Shown here: positions 19,056 to 27,762 of the stretch, piece by piece
Layout of the letters: every line of letters begins with the position of its first letter
How positions within the stretch are numbered: position 1 is the first letter of the stretch
Assembly (NCBI GenBank): GCA_965242865.1
Contig: CBDETK010000013.1
Location: 4,640,001 to 4,704,000 of the forward strand
DNA from: Candidatus Latescibacterota bacterium
GTDB taxonomy: Bacteria > Latescibacterota > UBA2968 > UBA8231
Direction: 5' to 3'
Length of the DNA: 64,000 bases
Program-made: the position numbers and the translations under genes
Notes under the pieces: model-generated
Told to the model about the DNA's origin: nothing
The model's database searches: none
The model's input: the letters and a program-made list of their open reading frames with translations, nothing else

Positions 19056-21572
19056 ATGCGAAAGGGGATTTCTATGGCGATCTGGATTTTGGTCGTCGCG
19101 CTCGGTTGCCGGGCCGCGGCGGCCGAGGAGGGGTACGCGATCCAAGGCGACCGCATTGTCGTGCGCGGCGCGGATCAGTGGCGGCAATGGCTCTTTCCCT
19201 TTGGCACGGTCGACATCGACTCCGCAGGCGCTCGGCCGCACTTTGTGGCGTCGGAACTCAACGCCAGCCTCAATGCCCACCGCTTTCCCTTGGGGGCGGA
19301 CGAGGACGAAAAGGAAGGGGGAATTTTGGCCGCTGGCTCGGGCTTGGCCGGGGCCGCGCACCTCCTCGACGGCCAAGTAGATACCTATTGGGCACCCGAC
19401 CTAGACGATCCCCCGGAGCTGTGGTGGGTGGCGATTGACTTGGGGCGGATCGTTTCGGCCCAGCGCATTGTCTTGCGCTTTGCCGGCGAGGGCGAGGGCG
19501 ATCCCTTTTACCAATTTCGCCTGATGGTGGCCGACGGCGAGGGCAAAGTAGGCGACAATCTCGATTATCACTTGGTCGGCAAGACCGAGCGGCCCAATGG
19601 GACCCAACGCGAATTTTCTTTTGACCTCCAGCCCTTCCAACAGGCCGATCCCCATTTTATCGGCGATGCCTTTCGCTTTGTGCAGGTGGTGATGACGGAC
19701 AGCCGCTTGGGCAAGGCCGAGGAAGTGGACCGCTCGGCCTACCAGAATTTGCCTGCGGAGCTGCAGGGCGCTGTGGAGCACTTTGGCCGCAGCCGCACCG
19801 GGAACGAGTGGCTGCTCGACGAAGAGGCGTACGCGCTGCTCGACCCGGCTGAGCGGGGTTCAATCCGCTATTATCGCCGCGAACAACCGCGCCTCGCCGA
19901 GGTCGAGGTCTGGACCTTGGGCGAGAACATAGCGCTGGGGGCGATCCAGCGGGGCGGCACGGTGGAAGGGCACGGCTTTAACCCCACCCGCAGCCTCGAT
20001 GGGGACTACACCACTTGGTACGGTCTGCAACAGAGTTACACCCGCGAGGCGGCCGAGCCCGAACGGCAAGTCCTCTTTGACCTAGGGGCTTTGTACTGGC
20101 TGGACCTATTCCACTTTCTACCGCCCGCCGCCCGCAGCGCCGGCGGTACGCTGGGCAACTATCGGATGAAGCTGTCGGACGGTTCGCTCGCGCCGGACGG
20201 GAGCTTGCAGTGGGTGCCCGTTGAAGAGCGGCGGGCCTTTCGCCAGCCCCGGTTCCAAGAAGTGCGCTTTGCGCTGCAAAAGGTCCGCTACATCGCCTTC
20301 GATTATCTGGTGGGCAGGGGGGGAAGCAGAGCCGGTTGGTCCGAACTGCAGGCCTACGGCGAAGGCTATCAGCCGGAGGTGGTGTTGGAATCGCCGTTGA
20401 TCGACTTGAGCAGTAGCCGGAATTTGACCGCGCTCCACTGGGACGCCGACATCCCGCCCGGGACGCGCCTGGAGGTGGCCACCCGCACCGGCGACCAGAC
20501 CAAAGTCAACACCACGTATTACCGGAGCGACGGCGCCGAAGTAGATAAAAAAGCGTACCACAAGTTGATTGCCGCGCTCCGGGGGGATTCGCTCAATGTG
20601 TTGGTCGTTGATGAGGAGACTTGGAGCCCTTGGAGCAAACCGCACCTGCGGTCGGGCCAAGTGGTCACGTCGCCATCGCCGCGCCGCTTCCTCAAGGCCC
20701 AAGTGCGGTTGAGCAGCGACGACCCGCAAAACGCCGTGCTCTTGCGCCGCTTGGAGGTGTGGTTTTCCCAACCCTGGGTGGGCCGAGCCTTGGGCGAGGT
20801 GTTTCCGGTGCAGGTGGAACGCCCGGGCGAGAACATGCCGCTGACCTTTTTCGTGCGGCCGGTGCGGCGGGTGGGCGATCCGGGGATCGACGAGGTGTTG
20901 TTGGTCAGCTCCGGGGGGACGCCGCTGTCGCTGCGGGAGGTTCGCCTCGGCGCGGCCGCAGCTGTAGCGGCTGGTGGTGGCCAAGCGCTGGGCCTAGCCG
21001 GGGTGGAGGTGCTCAAGACAGGGGCCGACTCGTTGTGGGTGCGGCTGCCGGCCGCCGTGGGCCGCGCCGAGATAGTCGCCGTTGACGTCTGGACCTCGCT
21101 GTTTGGCCACGGCGTTTCCTTTGCGGGGCGGGTGGGCAACCGCGCCGATTCGGGAACTTGGCAATTGGTCGAAGCCGACCAAGAGGCCGTGGCCGAAGTG
21201 GAAAGCGGCGTCCTGCGGGTGCTGGTGCCCTCGGGCCCGGTGGGGTTGTCGAACCTGACGCTCGCCGCCAAGGTCGTGACGCCCAACGGCGACGGGATCA
21301 ACGACGCCGTGCGGATTGGCTTTGAAGTGCTGCGCTTGGACGGAACCGAGGCCGTGCGCGTGTCGGTGCACGATCTGGCCGGTCGGCGCGTTTGGACGCT
21401 GGAGCAGGTGCGGGCCCGGGCGAGCGGCCAATACTCAGTAGCTTGGGAGGGGGTCAATGACGAGGGCGAGCGGGTGCGGCCGGGGACTTACCTCTTGCGG
21501 GTGGAGGTCCATGCGGATGCGCGCCGCAACGTGCGCACCCAGATCACGCGCCTCGTTCACGTGGTGTATTGA
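19056..21572 (+). CDS. Secreted discoidin-like/FlgD-Ig protein (paralog 3, two discoidin-like segments)
   Basis: Signal peptide; LLDGQVDTYW..IDLGR; LDGDYTT..FDLG; WSPWS..SPSPRRF; TPNGDGIND; ends LVHVVY. Confidence 0.8.
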   Translation: MRKGISMAIWILVVALGCRAAAAEEGYAIQGDRIVVRGADQWRQWLFPFGTVDIDSAGARPHFVASELNASLNAHRFPLGADEDEKEGGILAAGSGLAGAAHLLDGQVDTYWAPDLDDPPELWWVAIDLGRIVSAQRIVLRFAGEGEGDPFYQFRLMVADGEGKVGDNLDYHLVGKTERPNGTQREFSFDLQPFQQADPHFIGDAFRFVQVVMTDSRLGKAEEVDRSAYQNLPAELQGAVEHFGRSRTGNEWLLDEEAYALLDPAERGSIRYYRREQPRLAEVEVWTLGENIALGAIQRGGTVEGHGFNPTRSLDGDYTTWYGLQQSYTREAAEPERQVLFDLGALYWLDLFHFLPPAARSAGGTLGNYRMKLSDGSLAPDGSLQWVPVEERRAFRQPRFQEVRFALQKVRYIAFDYLVGRGGSRAGWSELQAYGEGYQPEVVLESPLIDLSSSRNLTALHWDADIPPGTRLEVATRTGDQTKVNTTYYRSDGAEVDKKAYHKLIAALRGDSLNVLVVDEETWSPWSKPHLRSGQVVTSPSPRRFLKAQVRLSSDDPQNAVLLRRLEVWFSQPWVGRALGEVFPVQVERPGENMPLTFFVRPVRRVGDPGIDEVLLVSSGGTPLSLREVRLGAAAAVAAGGGQALGLAGVEVLKTGADSLWVRLPAAVGRAEIVAVDVWTSLFGHGVSFAGRVGNRADSGTWQLVEADQEAVAEVESGVLRVLVPSGPVGLSNLTLAAKVVTPNGDGINDAVRIGFEVLRLDGTEAVRVSVHDLAGRRVWTLEQVRARASGQYSVAWEGVNDEGERVRPGTYLLRVEVHADARRNVRTQITRLVHVVY

Positions 21573-21581
21573 GGCCGAGGA

Positions 21582-23396
21582 GTGGGCCGCCCAGTCCAAC
21601 GGTGGATGGCTGTTTGGGTGCTTGGCTGGGCCGTGGGCTGCCAAAGCGAGCGGCCGGCCGTGTACTTCACCGATGCCACCGACCAAGCCGGCCTTTCTTT
21701 TATCCACGAAAACGGCGCGGCCGGGCAGTACTGGCTCATCGAGACCATGGGGGCCGGCGGGGCCCTTGCCGACTTGGACGAGGACAGCGACTTGGACGTC
21801 TATCTGGTCAACGGCTTCGATCTAAGGGGCTTGAACGCCCGGCCGATCAACTTGGTGCGCCGCGAAAACGGCCTCTATTGGGTGGCTCCGTCGGCCCCCA
21901 GCCCCGAGCCACGCTCGGCGGACCCGGCCGATTATGCGGTTGAGCTGACGCCCGCGGCCGGGGTGGTGCCAAGGGGCAACGCGCTCTACCGCAACGAAGG
22001 GACTGGTACTTTTGTCGAAGTGCCCAATGCCGGTGGGGCCGCGGATGTAAGCTATGGCATGGGCGTAGCCGTGGCCGATGCCGACAACGACGGCGACCAA
22101 GACCTGTACGCGACCAACTACGGACCCAACGCCTTCTATCGCAACCGCGGGGACGCTACCTTCGTCCGCGCCCGGGGCGTTAAGGCTCCCCAATGGAGCA
22201 CCAGCGCCGCCTTTTTCGACCGCGACAACGATGGCTCGCTCGACCTGTACGTGGTCAACTATCTCGATTTTACCCCAGCTACCAACAAAATCTGCGGCGG
22301 CTTCATCCACACGGACGACGCGGGCTTGCGCGCCATTGGCGAAGATTCGCGCTCGTACTGTGCGCCCAGCGAGTACGGGGGCGTGCCCGATGTGCTCTAC
22401 CACAACGCGGAGGACGGAACCTTTGTCGATGTATCCCTGGCTGCCGGCGTGGCCAATCCCGAGGGCAAGGGGCTGGGCGTGGTGGCTTGGGACTGGAACG
22501 AGGACGGGTACCAAGACCTGTACGTAGCCAACGACGGGGTGGCCAACTTCCTCTACCAAAACGCCGGCGATGGCACGTTCCGCGATGTAGCCCTGCAAGC
22601 TGGGGTGGCCTACAATGTGCGCGGCCAAGCCGAGGCCGGCATGGGAGTCGATATCGGCGATTGCGACCGCGATGGCGACTGGGACCTGTTCGTCACCAAT
22701 TTCTCCCGCGAAACCAATACGCTCTATCGCAATGAGGGAACCTACTTCAAGGATGTGACCGCGGCGGCGGGCTTGGGCCGGCCGAGCTGGCTCTATTTGG
22801 GCTTTGGCACCGCGTTTTTCGATTACGACCACGACGGCGACCCGGATCTGTACGTGGCCAACGGCCACGTCTTGGACCGCGTCGAGGTACTGCAACCCGG
22901 GGTGCGCTACGCCCAAGAGCATCAGTTGTTTCGCAACGATGGCTCCTGTCGCTTTGCCGAGGTGGGGGACCGCGCGGGGAGTTGGTTCGCGCAAGCGCAA
23001 ATAAGTCGGGGGCTGGCCCGGGGCGACTGGGATGGCGATGGCGATTTAGACCTGCTGGTGACCAATTGCGGCGGCCCGGCCAAGCTGGCCCGCAACCACC
23101 ACGGCAACGGGCGTCACTGGGCCTCGATCAAGCTGGTGGCTACAGCGGCCAACCGCGACGCAGTGGGAGCCGAGGTGCGCGTGGTGACCGATTCGTTGGA
23201 CCAGCGCCGTCTCGTGAGCAGCGGGAGCAGCTATTTATCGGCCGGCGATCGGCGGCTCCACTTTGGCTTGGGTGACCGCCAGCGCATTGATCGGCTCGAA
23301 GTCCAATGGCCCCATGGCGTCAGGCAGGTATTTCGGGAGCTACCCGCCAACCGGAATTTGCTCGTTGAGCAAGGACGGGGCGTGCAGTATGAATGA
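21582..23396 (+). CDS. CRTAC1-family FG-GAP lipoprotein with ASPIC/UnbV domain
   Basis: AVGC lipobox; DxDxDGDxDLY repeats; SYLS..RLHFGLG..LEVQWP. Confidence 0.9.
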   Translation: MGRPVQRWMAVWVLGWAVGCQSERPAVYFTDATDQAGLSFIHENGAAGQYWLIETMGAGGALADLDEDSDLDVYLVNGFDLRGLNARPINLVRRENGLYWVAPSAPSPEPRSADPADYAVELTPAAGVVPRGNALYRNEGTGTFVEVPNAGGAADVSYGMGVAVADADNDGDQDLYATNYGPNAFYRNRGDATFVRARGVKAPQWSTSAAFFDRDNDGSLDLYVVNYLDFTPATNKICGGFIHTDDAGLRAIGEDSRSYCAPSEYGGVPDVLYHNAEDGTFVDVSLAAGVANPEGKGLGVVAWDWNEDGYQDLYVANDGVANFLYQNAGDGTFRDVALQAGVAYNVRGQAEAGMGVDIGDCDRDGDWDLFVTNFSRETNTLYRNEGTYFKDVTAAAGLGRPSWLYLGFGTAFFDYDHDGDPDLYVANGHVLDRVEVLQPGVRYAQEHQLFRNDGSCRFAEVGDRAGSWFAQAQISRGLARGDWDGDGDLDLLVTNCGGPAKLARNHHGNGRHWASIKLVATAANRDAVGAEVRVVTDSLDQRRLVSSGSSYLSAGDRRLHFGLGDRQRIDRLEVQWPHGVRQVFRELPANRNLLVEQGRGVQYE

Positions 23397-25383
23397 ACCG
23401 CCAGCCCCGCGGCGAGACTTGGGGCTGGCCGGCGGTGTCTTGCTCCTAGCTTTGGCCGTGCGTCTGGTCTATCTGGCGCACAGCGCGGCCAATCCCTTCT
23501 TCGCGGCCCCGGTTGTGGACGCCCACTCATACATGGCGCAGGCGCGGCAGCTCGCCGAGGGGTCTTGGGTGGGCGACAAGCCCTTTTGGCAGCCGCCTCT
23601 ATACCCTTATTTCCTCGCCTCGATTTACGCGGTTTCCGGCGACTTGTTGTGGACGCCCCGGTGTATCCAGCTTCTCTTGGGAGCGGCCTCAGCTGCCTTG
23701 GTCTTTGCCCTCGGTCGGCAGGTTTTTGGCACCCGAGTCGGTCTCTTGGCTGGGGGCATGGCCTGTCTATACGGCCCCTCCATCTATTTTGAAGGCGAGC
23801 TGCTGCCCACCGCGCTGGCCGTTTTCCTCAATCTCCTGTTGCTCTTTATCCTGCTCCAGCCCGGCCGGGGCTGGGGACAGGCCCTAGCCGCGGGCCTGGT
23901 CCAAGGCTTGGCCATAATCGCCGTGCCCAATGCGGCTGGGTTGGCTTTTTGCGCCGGCCTGTGGTACTGGAAGAGCGCCGAGCGAGCCGTGCGGGGCAAG
24001 CTGGCTTGGTGCCTGCTTTTTGCGGCGGCCGCCAGCGCCGTGGTCGGAGCGGTGACGGCGAGGAATTGGGTGGTCAGCGGCGAGTTCATCCCCTTGTCTT
24101 GGAACGGCGGCGTGAATTTCTACTTGGGCAACCATCCCGAGTACGACCGCTTGGTGGCAATTCGCCCCGGGCCGGCCTGGGAGGCCCTGATGGAGCAGCC
24201 GGTGGCCGCGGGCCATGTGGGGTACGCGGACCGCTCGGCGTACTTCTACCGGCAAGCTGGCGACTGGATCGCCCGTGCGCCGGGGGATTTTGTGCGGTTG
24301 TTGGGATACAAGGCGTTCTTGCTGGTGCGCGGCGAGGAGATCAAACGCAACCAAGACGTGTACTTTGCCCGCACCTATTCTTGGCTGCTCGGCGTCTTGC
24401 TGTGGAAAATCCACCACTTCGCCGTTCCGTTTGGGCTACTGGGGCCTTTGGCCGCTGTGGGCATGGTGCTCGCTTGGCGTCGTCGGCCCCAAGCGGGTTT
24501 GCTGCTGCTTTGCACTGGCGCGTACAGCGCCTCGCTGCTGCTCTTTTTTGTGACTAGCCGCTATCGCTTGCCCTTGGTGCCGCTGCTGTTGCCGTTTGCC
24601 GGGTACGCGCTGGTCTGGCTGGTGCAACAGGGGCGGGCCAGCCAGTGGCGTCTCTTGGGGAGCGGGGTGGTGGTCGTCGTCTTGCTGGCGATGGTATCCA
24701 ACGCTGGCCTGCGGCCGGCCGACCCCTTGGCCGACGCGGAAATACACTTTGAGCTGGGGCGCGTCCAAGCCCAACAAGGGCAGTACGCGGCCGCGGTGCG
24801 CTCCTTTGGAACCGCCGTGCAGCTCGATCCCAATTACCTGCGGGCGCGCCACAATCTAGGCGCGGCGCTGGCCGCGATGCGGCGCTACCGCGAAGCCGAA
24901 GCGGTTTATCAGCGGGCCTTGGCGCAAGCTCCCGACGATCAGGGACTGCATCTCAACTTGGCGGCTCTGTACCGGGCTACGGGACGATACGAGCAAGCGG
25001 TGGAGCACTACCGCCGAGTGCTGGCCACCAAGGCCGACGCCGCGGTTTTTCTCTCGCTGGGACGGGTCTATGAGAGCATGGGGGCAACCGAGCAGGCTCG
25101 GCACGCCTTTGCCGCAGCACTAAGCGACGACGAGGTGCGGGCGCAGGCGGCCAATGCGCTGGGATTGATCGCGGTCCGGCAAGGGTCGTTGGAGCGGGCG
25201 GTTGATTACTTTGCCATGGCGCTAAAGGCCGCGCCCGGCAATCACTTGATCGCCTTCAATTTAGGAGCGGCCTACCGCGACTTGGGCCAATTCGACGAGG
25301 CGGCAACGTTCTACCGCCTGACGCTGCGCTTGGCCCCCGAGTACGCCAAAGCCGAGCGTGCGTTGGCGCGATTGGAGCGGTGA
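23389..25383 (+). CDS. GT-C fold (ArnT/GT39-like) membrane glycosyltransferase with C-terminal TPR repeats
   Basis: VVDA..Y, FWQPPLYPYFL, NFYLGN, SRYRLP; about 6 TPRs (HNLGAAL, LNLAALY, FNLGAAY); start overlaps the upstream stop. Confidence 0.8.
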   Translation: MNEPPAPRRDLGLAGGVLLLALAVRLVYLAHSAANPFFAAPVVDAHSYMAQARQLAEGSWVGDKPFWQPPLYPYFLASIYAVSGDLLWTPRCIQLLLGAASAALVFALGRQVFGTRVGLLAGGMACLYGPSIYFEGELLPTALAVFLNLLLLFILLQPGRGWGQALAAGLVQGLAIIAVPNAAGLAFCAGLWYWKSAERAVRGKLAWCLLFAAAASAVVGAVTARNWVVSGEFIPLSWNGGVNFYLGNHPEYDRLVAIRPGPAWEALMEQPVAAGHVGYADRSAYFYRQAGDWIARAPGDFVRLLGYKAFLLVRGEEIKRNQDVYFARTYSWLLGVLLWKIHHFAVPFGLLGPLAAVGMVLAWRRRPQAGLLLLCTGAYSASLLLFFVTSRYRLPLVPLLLPFAGYALVWLVQQGRASQWRLLGSGVVVVVLLAMVSNAGLRPADPLADAEIHFELGRVQAQQGQYAAAVRSFGTAVQLDPNYLRARHNLGAALAAMRRYREAEAVYQRALAQAPDDQGLHLNLAALYRATGRYEQAVEHYRRVLATKADAAVFLSLGRVYESMGATEQARHAFAAALSDDEVRAQAANALGLIAVRQGSLERAVDYFAMALKAAPGNHLIAFNLGAAYRDLGQFDEAATFYRLTLRLAPEYAKAERALARLER

Positions 25384-25397
25384 CCGGGACGGAGGGG

Positions 25398-25433
25398 TTG
25401 ACTTTAACCAAAGTGTGTCGTATATATGACACA
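25398..25433 (+). promoter_or_regulatory. Promoter with palindromic operator of the XRE gene
   Basis: TTGACT-N17-TATATA; near-perfect 20-bp palindrome TGTGTCGTATATATGACACA (25414-25433) covering -10 and the start. Confidence 0.6.
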
Positions 25434-25786
25434 TGACACACTTTGGAGATGCCGTCAAAGAGGTGCGCGAACGTCTCCGCCGGGAGGATCGGCACTTTTC
25501 GTTGCGCCAAGTGGCGTTGCGGGTCGGGATTGAACCGGCCTATCTGAGCAAGATCGAGCGCGGCCAAGTGCCGCCGCCTTCGGAGGCCACGACGGTCCGA
25601 CTGGCAGCGGAACTGGGCCAAGACCCGGATGTGCTTTTGGCGCTGGCGGGGAAGGTCTCCGGCGATCTACAAGAAATCATCCGCAAGCGGCCCAAGCTGT
25701 TCGCCGAGTTGATCCGGCAGCTGAAAGAGGCCCCGGATCACGCCATCCTACGAGTGGTGCGCGAGGTGCGAGACGGCGACTGGTAA
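25433..25786 (+). CDS. XRE-family HTH transcriptional regulator
   Basis: SLRQVALRVGIEPAYLSKIERG..PPSE motif. Confidence 0.9.
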   Translation: MTHFGDAVKEVRERLRREDRHFSLRQVALRVGIEPAYLSKIERGQVPPPSEATTVRLAAELGQDPDVLLALAGKVSGDLQEIIRKRPKLFAELIRQLKEAPDHAILRVVREVRDGDW

Positions 25787-25840
25787 GGAGAGGCACCCAA
25801 ACCTTGGATTAACCCCAACCCAACGAGAGGAGACCCCGCT

Positions 25841-26863
25841 GTGATTACCCTTGAAGACGACAGACTGCTTTTCAGCTTTCCCGAAGTACACGACCAAGCG
25901 CGTTGCTCGCTGGGGTTCCAGCGCACCCTGCGAATCCCCGACGACGACCGGGATTACCCTCTGCCGCCGGGCTTAGGCTCCTTCCCGTTGCGGCATATAG
26001 ACGACTACGCGCCCCAGTTGCCCGAGGCATGGTGTCGTCGGGGTGGCGTGGTCGCGCCCATGCACCAAGCCGAGGCATTGTGGATCAACTTTGGGGCGAG
26101 GTCGGATTATCCGTTTGCGGTGAAAGTGGCGACCGGCAAGGTCTGTGCGGTCACGGGTGAGACTTGGGTCAATCACCTGAACAGCGACCCGCAGGACTAT
26201 GTCGTGCTGCCCGAACAGCCATGGCTCGACGGGTACTGCGTCGAAAAGGGCGTGATCCGCCAGTTCGTCGCCATGCCCTTGGGCGAGGGGTACACGGTGG
26301 AGGAGCAGATAACGGGTGCCGCGCAGCACGGCGGGCTGCAGATCGTCGCCTATCCCATGAAGCCGGAACGGTACGAGGAGCTGTGCAAGCGGGGCAAGCG
26401 GTCCCGCAAGCGGAGCAAGCTGTTTCCGTTTGTACTCGGGTGCTTCGTTAAACCTATCGGTATGGGGCTCGCGCCCGGTGGTCGGATGAAGCAGGCTATC
26501 TACGACGATTCGTACGGCCTAGATGCGTGGGATCAGCGGCACGCCAGCCGGTGCTTTGTCTCCATCGTCAATTCCGTCCAATGGATGGCGATCACCCATG
26601 AGCCGCCGCCGACCGAGCCCCCGACGGCGCAGCAATACACGCAAGCGGGCCTCCCTTGGTTCGACTATTACGGCGGCGATGCTGAAGCTATCGCTGGCAG
26701 CGAAAAGCTGAAGGCGGTTGCGAGCGTGGGGCAAATTTCCAAGGAAAAAGGCAATGCGCTGTCAGCAAACGAAACGCTCAATGTGGGCCACGTCATCAGG
26801 CTGCGAAAAGGTCGCTCGCGCCGAGTGCGGGAGTGTCCCGCTGGAGAGGTCGTGGATTTATGA
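25841..26863 (+). CDS. Conserved hypothetical protein (FQRTLRIPD/LPPGLGxFP family)
   Basis: Motifs FQRTLRIPDD..LPPGLGSFPL, QDYVVLPEQPWLDG, RQFVAMPLGEGYTVEEQITG, MGLAPGG, YTQAGLPWFDYY; GAGGAG SD, GTG start. Confidence 0.75.
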   Translation: MITLEDDRLLFSFPEVHDQARCSLGFQRTLRIPDDDRDYPLPPGLGSFPLRHIDDYAPQLPEAWCRRGGVVAPMHQAEALWINFGARSDYPFAVKVATGKVCAVTGETWVNHLNSDPQDYVVLPEQPWLDGYCVEKGVIRQFVAMPLGEGYTVEEQITGAAQHGGLQIVAYPMKPERYEELCKRGKRSRKRSKLFPFVLGCFVKPIGMGLAPGGRMKQAIYDDSYGLDAWDQRHASRCFVSIVNSVQWMAITHEPPPTEPPTAQQYTQAGLPWFDYYGGDAEAIAGSEKLKAVASVGQISKEKGNALSANETLNVGHVIRLRKGRSRRVRECPAGEVVDL

Positions 26864-26882
26864 CAGCCGCGGAGGTGTTTTT

Positions 26883-27030
26883 GGCCGTTTAAGTACACGA
26901 CAGTAGCGGCCAACCTTCCAAGGATCGAGGGCATCTTGCCCTCGTCGAGGGCGGGACGCCCTCGATCCCGGATTCAGCAGGAACCGCAGAAAAGGCGGAC
27001 TTAAAGCAAGTGTCGCGTACTTAGCAGGCC
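26883..27030. mobile_element. Putative MITE-like element enclosing REP-like double hairpins
   Basis: Imperfect terminal IRs TAAGTACACGACA (26890-26902) / TGTCGCGTACTTA (27011-27023); internal GGATCGAGGGC...GCCCTCGATCC with two GAGGGC-N5-GCCCTC hairpins. Confidence 0.5.
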
Positions 27031-27081
27031 GTTACAAAGGATCGCTTAAACAACTAAACAACGCCGAAAGGAGGCGTAGAA

Positions 27082-27633
27082 ATGCTTCAGACTCAGCAGA
27101 CGTTTCTCGATTATCTCGACGCGGTACAAGCGGAATTGGGCAGGGCCGGCTCTGGGGGTTTGCAAGAAAACATCCAAGCCATAGAGCGGTTGAAGCAAGA
27201 GTTGGCCGAGGCCGAGTTGATCGTGCCGGTGGTGGGGGCTTTCAGCGCGGGCAAGAGCACGTTGATCAACTCCTTTTTAGGCGCAGGGCCTCTATCTGTG
27301 GGGATTACCCCGGAAACCGCGTTGGCGACCGAGTTGCGGCATTCGGCCAGCGAGTATGTCGAGGGGATTAGAGCCGATGGCGAGGTTGACCGTTTTGACA
27401 TCGGGGAGATCGCAGAAGCCAAAGTCAACGCCCAGGACATAGACGGCAACAGGCCACTACACATTGCGGCACAAAAAGACGCTAGTGATGCGGCAAAGGT
27501 ATTGCTCAGTTATGGATCCTATTTCCATACGAAAAACTACATTGGCTTTACACCCCTAGATATTGCGAGGAAACACAATGCTCACAAGACGGTCGCGGTA
27601 TTGGATCGTCGCAACGGGATAACATGGTTTTGA
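27082..27633 (+). CDS. Chimeric ORF: truncated dynamin-like GTPase N-terminus fused to ankyrin repeats
   Basis: VVGAFSAGKSTLINSFLG (G1) and TPETALATEL (G2) followed by VNAQDIDGNRPLHIAA..GFTPLDIA; AAGGAGG SD. Confidence 0.7.
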   Translation: MLQTQQTFLDYLDAVQAELGRAGSGGLQENIQAIERLKQELAEAELIVPVVGAFSAGKSTLINSFLGAGPLSVGITPETALATELRHSASEYVEGIRADGEVDRFDIGEIAEAKVNAQDIDGNRPLHIAAQKDASDAAKVLLSYGSYFHTKNYIGFTPLDIARKHNAHKTVAVLDRRNGITWF

Positions 27634-27762
27634 CCGGGTGCTCCTGATCTCCTGCGACCCGATTTCCTCGTTCCGCACTTCCAACCGCTAGCCTTCCTAA
27701 GAAGCTGTCTGAAAACTCCATTTTTCATTCGATCTCTTCCTATCGAGCCAAATCGGAAAACC

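Noticed and set aside
8696-21572. Flagellar gene cluster suggested by FlgD domains
   Set aside because: Only the C-terminal FlgD-Ig module is present on Sec-exported proteins; no flagellar genes nearby.
21822-23000. 392-aa minus-strand ORF
   Set aside because: Antisense to the CRTAC1 gene; typical high-GC shadow ORF.
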